Shown: one piece after another, positions 57,416-64,000 of the stretch
Position numbering within the stretch: position 1 is the first letter of the stretch
Layout of the letters: the number at the start of each line of letters is the position of its first letter
The notes under the pieces: model-generated
The model's database searches: none
Seen by the model: only the letters and a program-made list of their open reading frames with translations
Told to the model about the DNA's origin: nothing
Program-made: the position numbers and the translations under genes
DNA from: the human T2T-CHM13v2.0 reference genome, Homo sapiens
Reading direction: 5' to 3' (one strand)
Assembly: GCF_009914755.1 (NCBI RefSeq)
Contig: NC_060943.1
Length of the DNA stretch: 64,000 bases

Positions 57416-57421
57416 TTTATT
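57416..57421 (-). terminator. ZNF43: Candidate ZNF43 polyadenylation signal (AATAAA)
   Basis: tttatt on + strand followed (on the minus strand) by a T/GT-rich stretch; one of several candidates. Confidence 0.3.
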
Positions 57422-57479
57422 CATGACTCAGGAATGTATGGACTTTATTTATACTTCTATATAATTTTTATAATTAAAA

Positions 57480-58190
<711 letters not shown>

Positions 58191-58639
58191 TTAAATAAGA
58201 CAAAAAAGAATATTTAACCTATAGAAAAATATTCTTTAACTTATTTGCAGTTGAAAGCCACTGGTGAAATAGATTAATAGAAATGTTAGTCCATTATGTT
58301 ACCAAATAGTATATTGTTACCATCTTTTACATACACTCTTGAGTAAGGTGAAATAGGTTAAAGTTAGAAGCATAATAATGCTTCATTGAATGTACAATGG
58401 TCTTAACACATTTTTTTAAAAGTTATATTTACATGTAATCTAAAAATTTAAAAATGTACATTTAATTACATAAAATTACAATAAGTAAAATGACTTACTA
58501 ATTTAACCAATTTTAACTAAAATAAAAAACTTTTGTCACTATAATGCAGAAGAATATTACTCTGAAAACCTATCTCCTGCATCACTCCTTTATAAGTTAA
58601 CCACAAAGAGCCTCTCCAGTTACATTTTCATCACGCATC

Positions 58640-58945
<306 letters not shown>

Positions 58946-59329
58946 TAATATCCTTACTGTTCCATAAAAAATGTTTTAAATAATGCCCACCTAATAAAAG
59001 AATCTCTCATATCTTTGGTGCAGCAACAATTGGTCACATGCTTTCACATGTGAATATAGCAGGAATGAAAAAAGAGCATAAAGTTATTTGAGAGTTTAAT
59101 TACATCATTATTCACTAATTTAAAAATCAGTAATTTTTTCAAGATAAAAGTATACTTTAATTGTAATTATAACTGAAAATCTTCTACTTCTTTTAATGTT
59201 ATATACAAATAATTTATCCACCAAGTTTTATTTTGTGTTGTTTTCTGTACTTAGCACTGATTTAGTGTAATGTCTGAAGTGTCCGCGCCTTAGATATTTC
59301 TACTGTGAATTCTCAGATATTTACATAAA

Positions 59330-62333
<3,004 letters not shown>

Positions 62334-62604
62334 TTATGTAACATATAAAATCACACAAGCTACATAAGCAAGATGTCATAGAAAAATACCACAGGCCCTA
62401 ATTTATTTATAGACATATAAATGTAACAAAAACATACTGATCAAATCAGTGAAAAATTTACAAATAAGTGTGTGCAGTGCCCCAGGTGAGTCCAATGCAA
62501 AGAGCCACATAGAAGGAAAATATAAATTGGTTACATTTACCCAACACAGCTTTTTCTGCTCTCCAACATAACATAGTGCCTTTAGAAGTAAATTGCCAAC
62601 TCCA

Positions 62605-63005
62605 ATTATTTTGCATATAGCGGAATACCTGAGAGTGGATAATTTATAAAGAAAAAAGGCTTATTTTGCTCACAATTTGGCAGACTGTACAAGAAGTGTG
62701 TGTCAGCATCTGTTTCTGGTGAGGGTCTCAGGAAGCTTACTGTTATGGTAGAAGGCAAAGAGTAACTGGAAATGTCACATGGTAATAGGGAAAGTGTGAG
62801 GTGAAGGAGCCAGGTTCTTTTAATGAACCAGCTCTCTTTTGAATTAACAGAGTGTAAACTTTCTTATTACCAAGACTATGGTGCCAAGTCATTCATGAGG
62901 AATTCACCTCCATGACAAAAATACCTTTTTCCAGATCCCACATCCAACACTGAAGATTATACTGCAGCATGAGGTTTGGAAACATGGACATCCAAACCAT
63001 ATCAC
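62605..63005 (-). mobile_element. MSTA/MSTB MaLR LTR in ZNF43 last intron
   Basis: ggaatacctgaga.tggataatttataaagaaaa...gtgagggtctcaggaagctta...ccaaaccatatca. Confidence 0.8.
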
Positions 63006-63009
63006 AGAC

Positions 63010-64000
<991 letters not shown>

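Overview
This is human/hominoid genomic DNA from the 19p12 KRAB zinc-finger cluster (ZNF91 subfamily), not microbial sequence. Two protein-coding genes lie on the minus strand. ZNF100 contributes its 5' end: a CpG promoter near 20.2 kb, an ATG-only coding exon 1 (20043-20045) and a 93-nt exon 2 (18305-18397); its KRAB and finger exons lie left of the window. ZNF43 contributes its last exon (CDS 60075-62275, 22 C2H2 fingers, fossil fingers in the 3'UTR). There are two processed pseudogenes: a CCNYL1 retrocopy inserted with a target-site duplication (TSD) into an L1 inside ZNF100 intron 2, and a BRI3BP retrocopy. The rest is densely nested retroelements: a full-length SVA, a 5'-deleted HERV-K(HML6) provirus fused to an old ERVL pol remnant, MER41 and MER57 proviral remnants, L1s and roughly 50 Alus. 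Nearly all short ORFs in the track are Alu, L1, SVA or off-frame artefacts. I see no convincing new biological system. The best second-look items are a HERV-K-MEL-like epitope in an open HML6 env segment, a frameshift-compensated 71-aa ORF on the CpG-rich CCNYL1 retrocopy, 16 nt of extra 5' sequence on the SVA, an unidentified polyadenylated insert, and duplication and loss of ZNF43 fingers. Gene and repeat names come from sequence recall, not from a database search.
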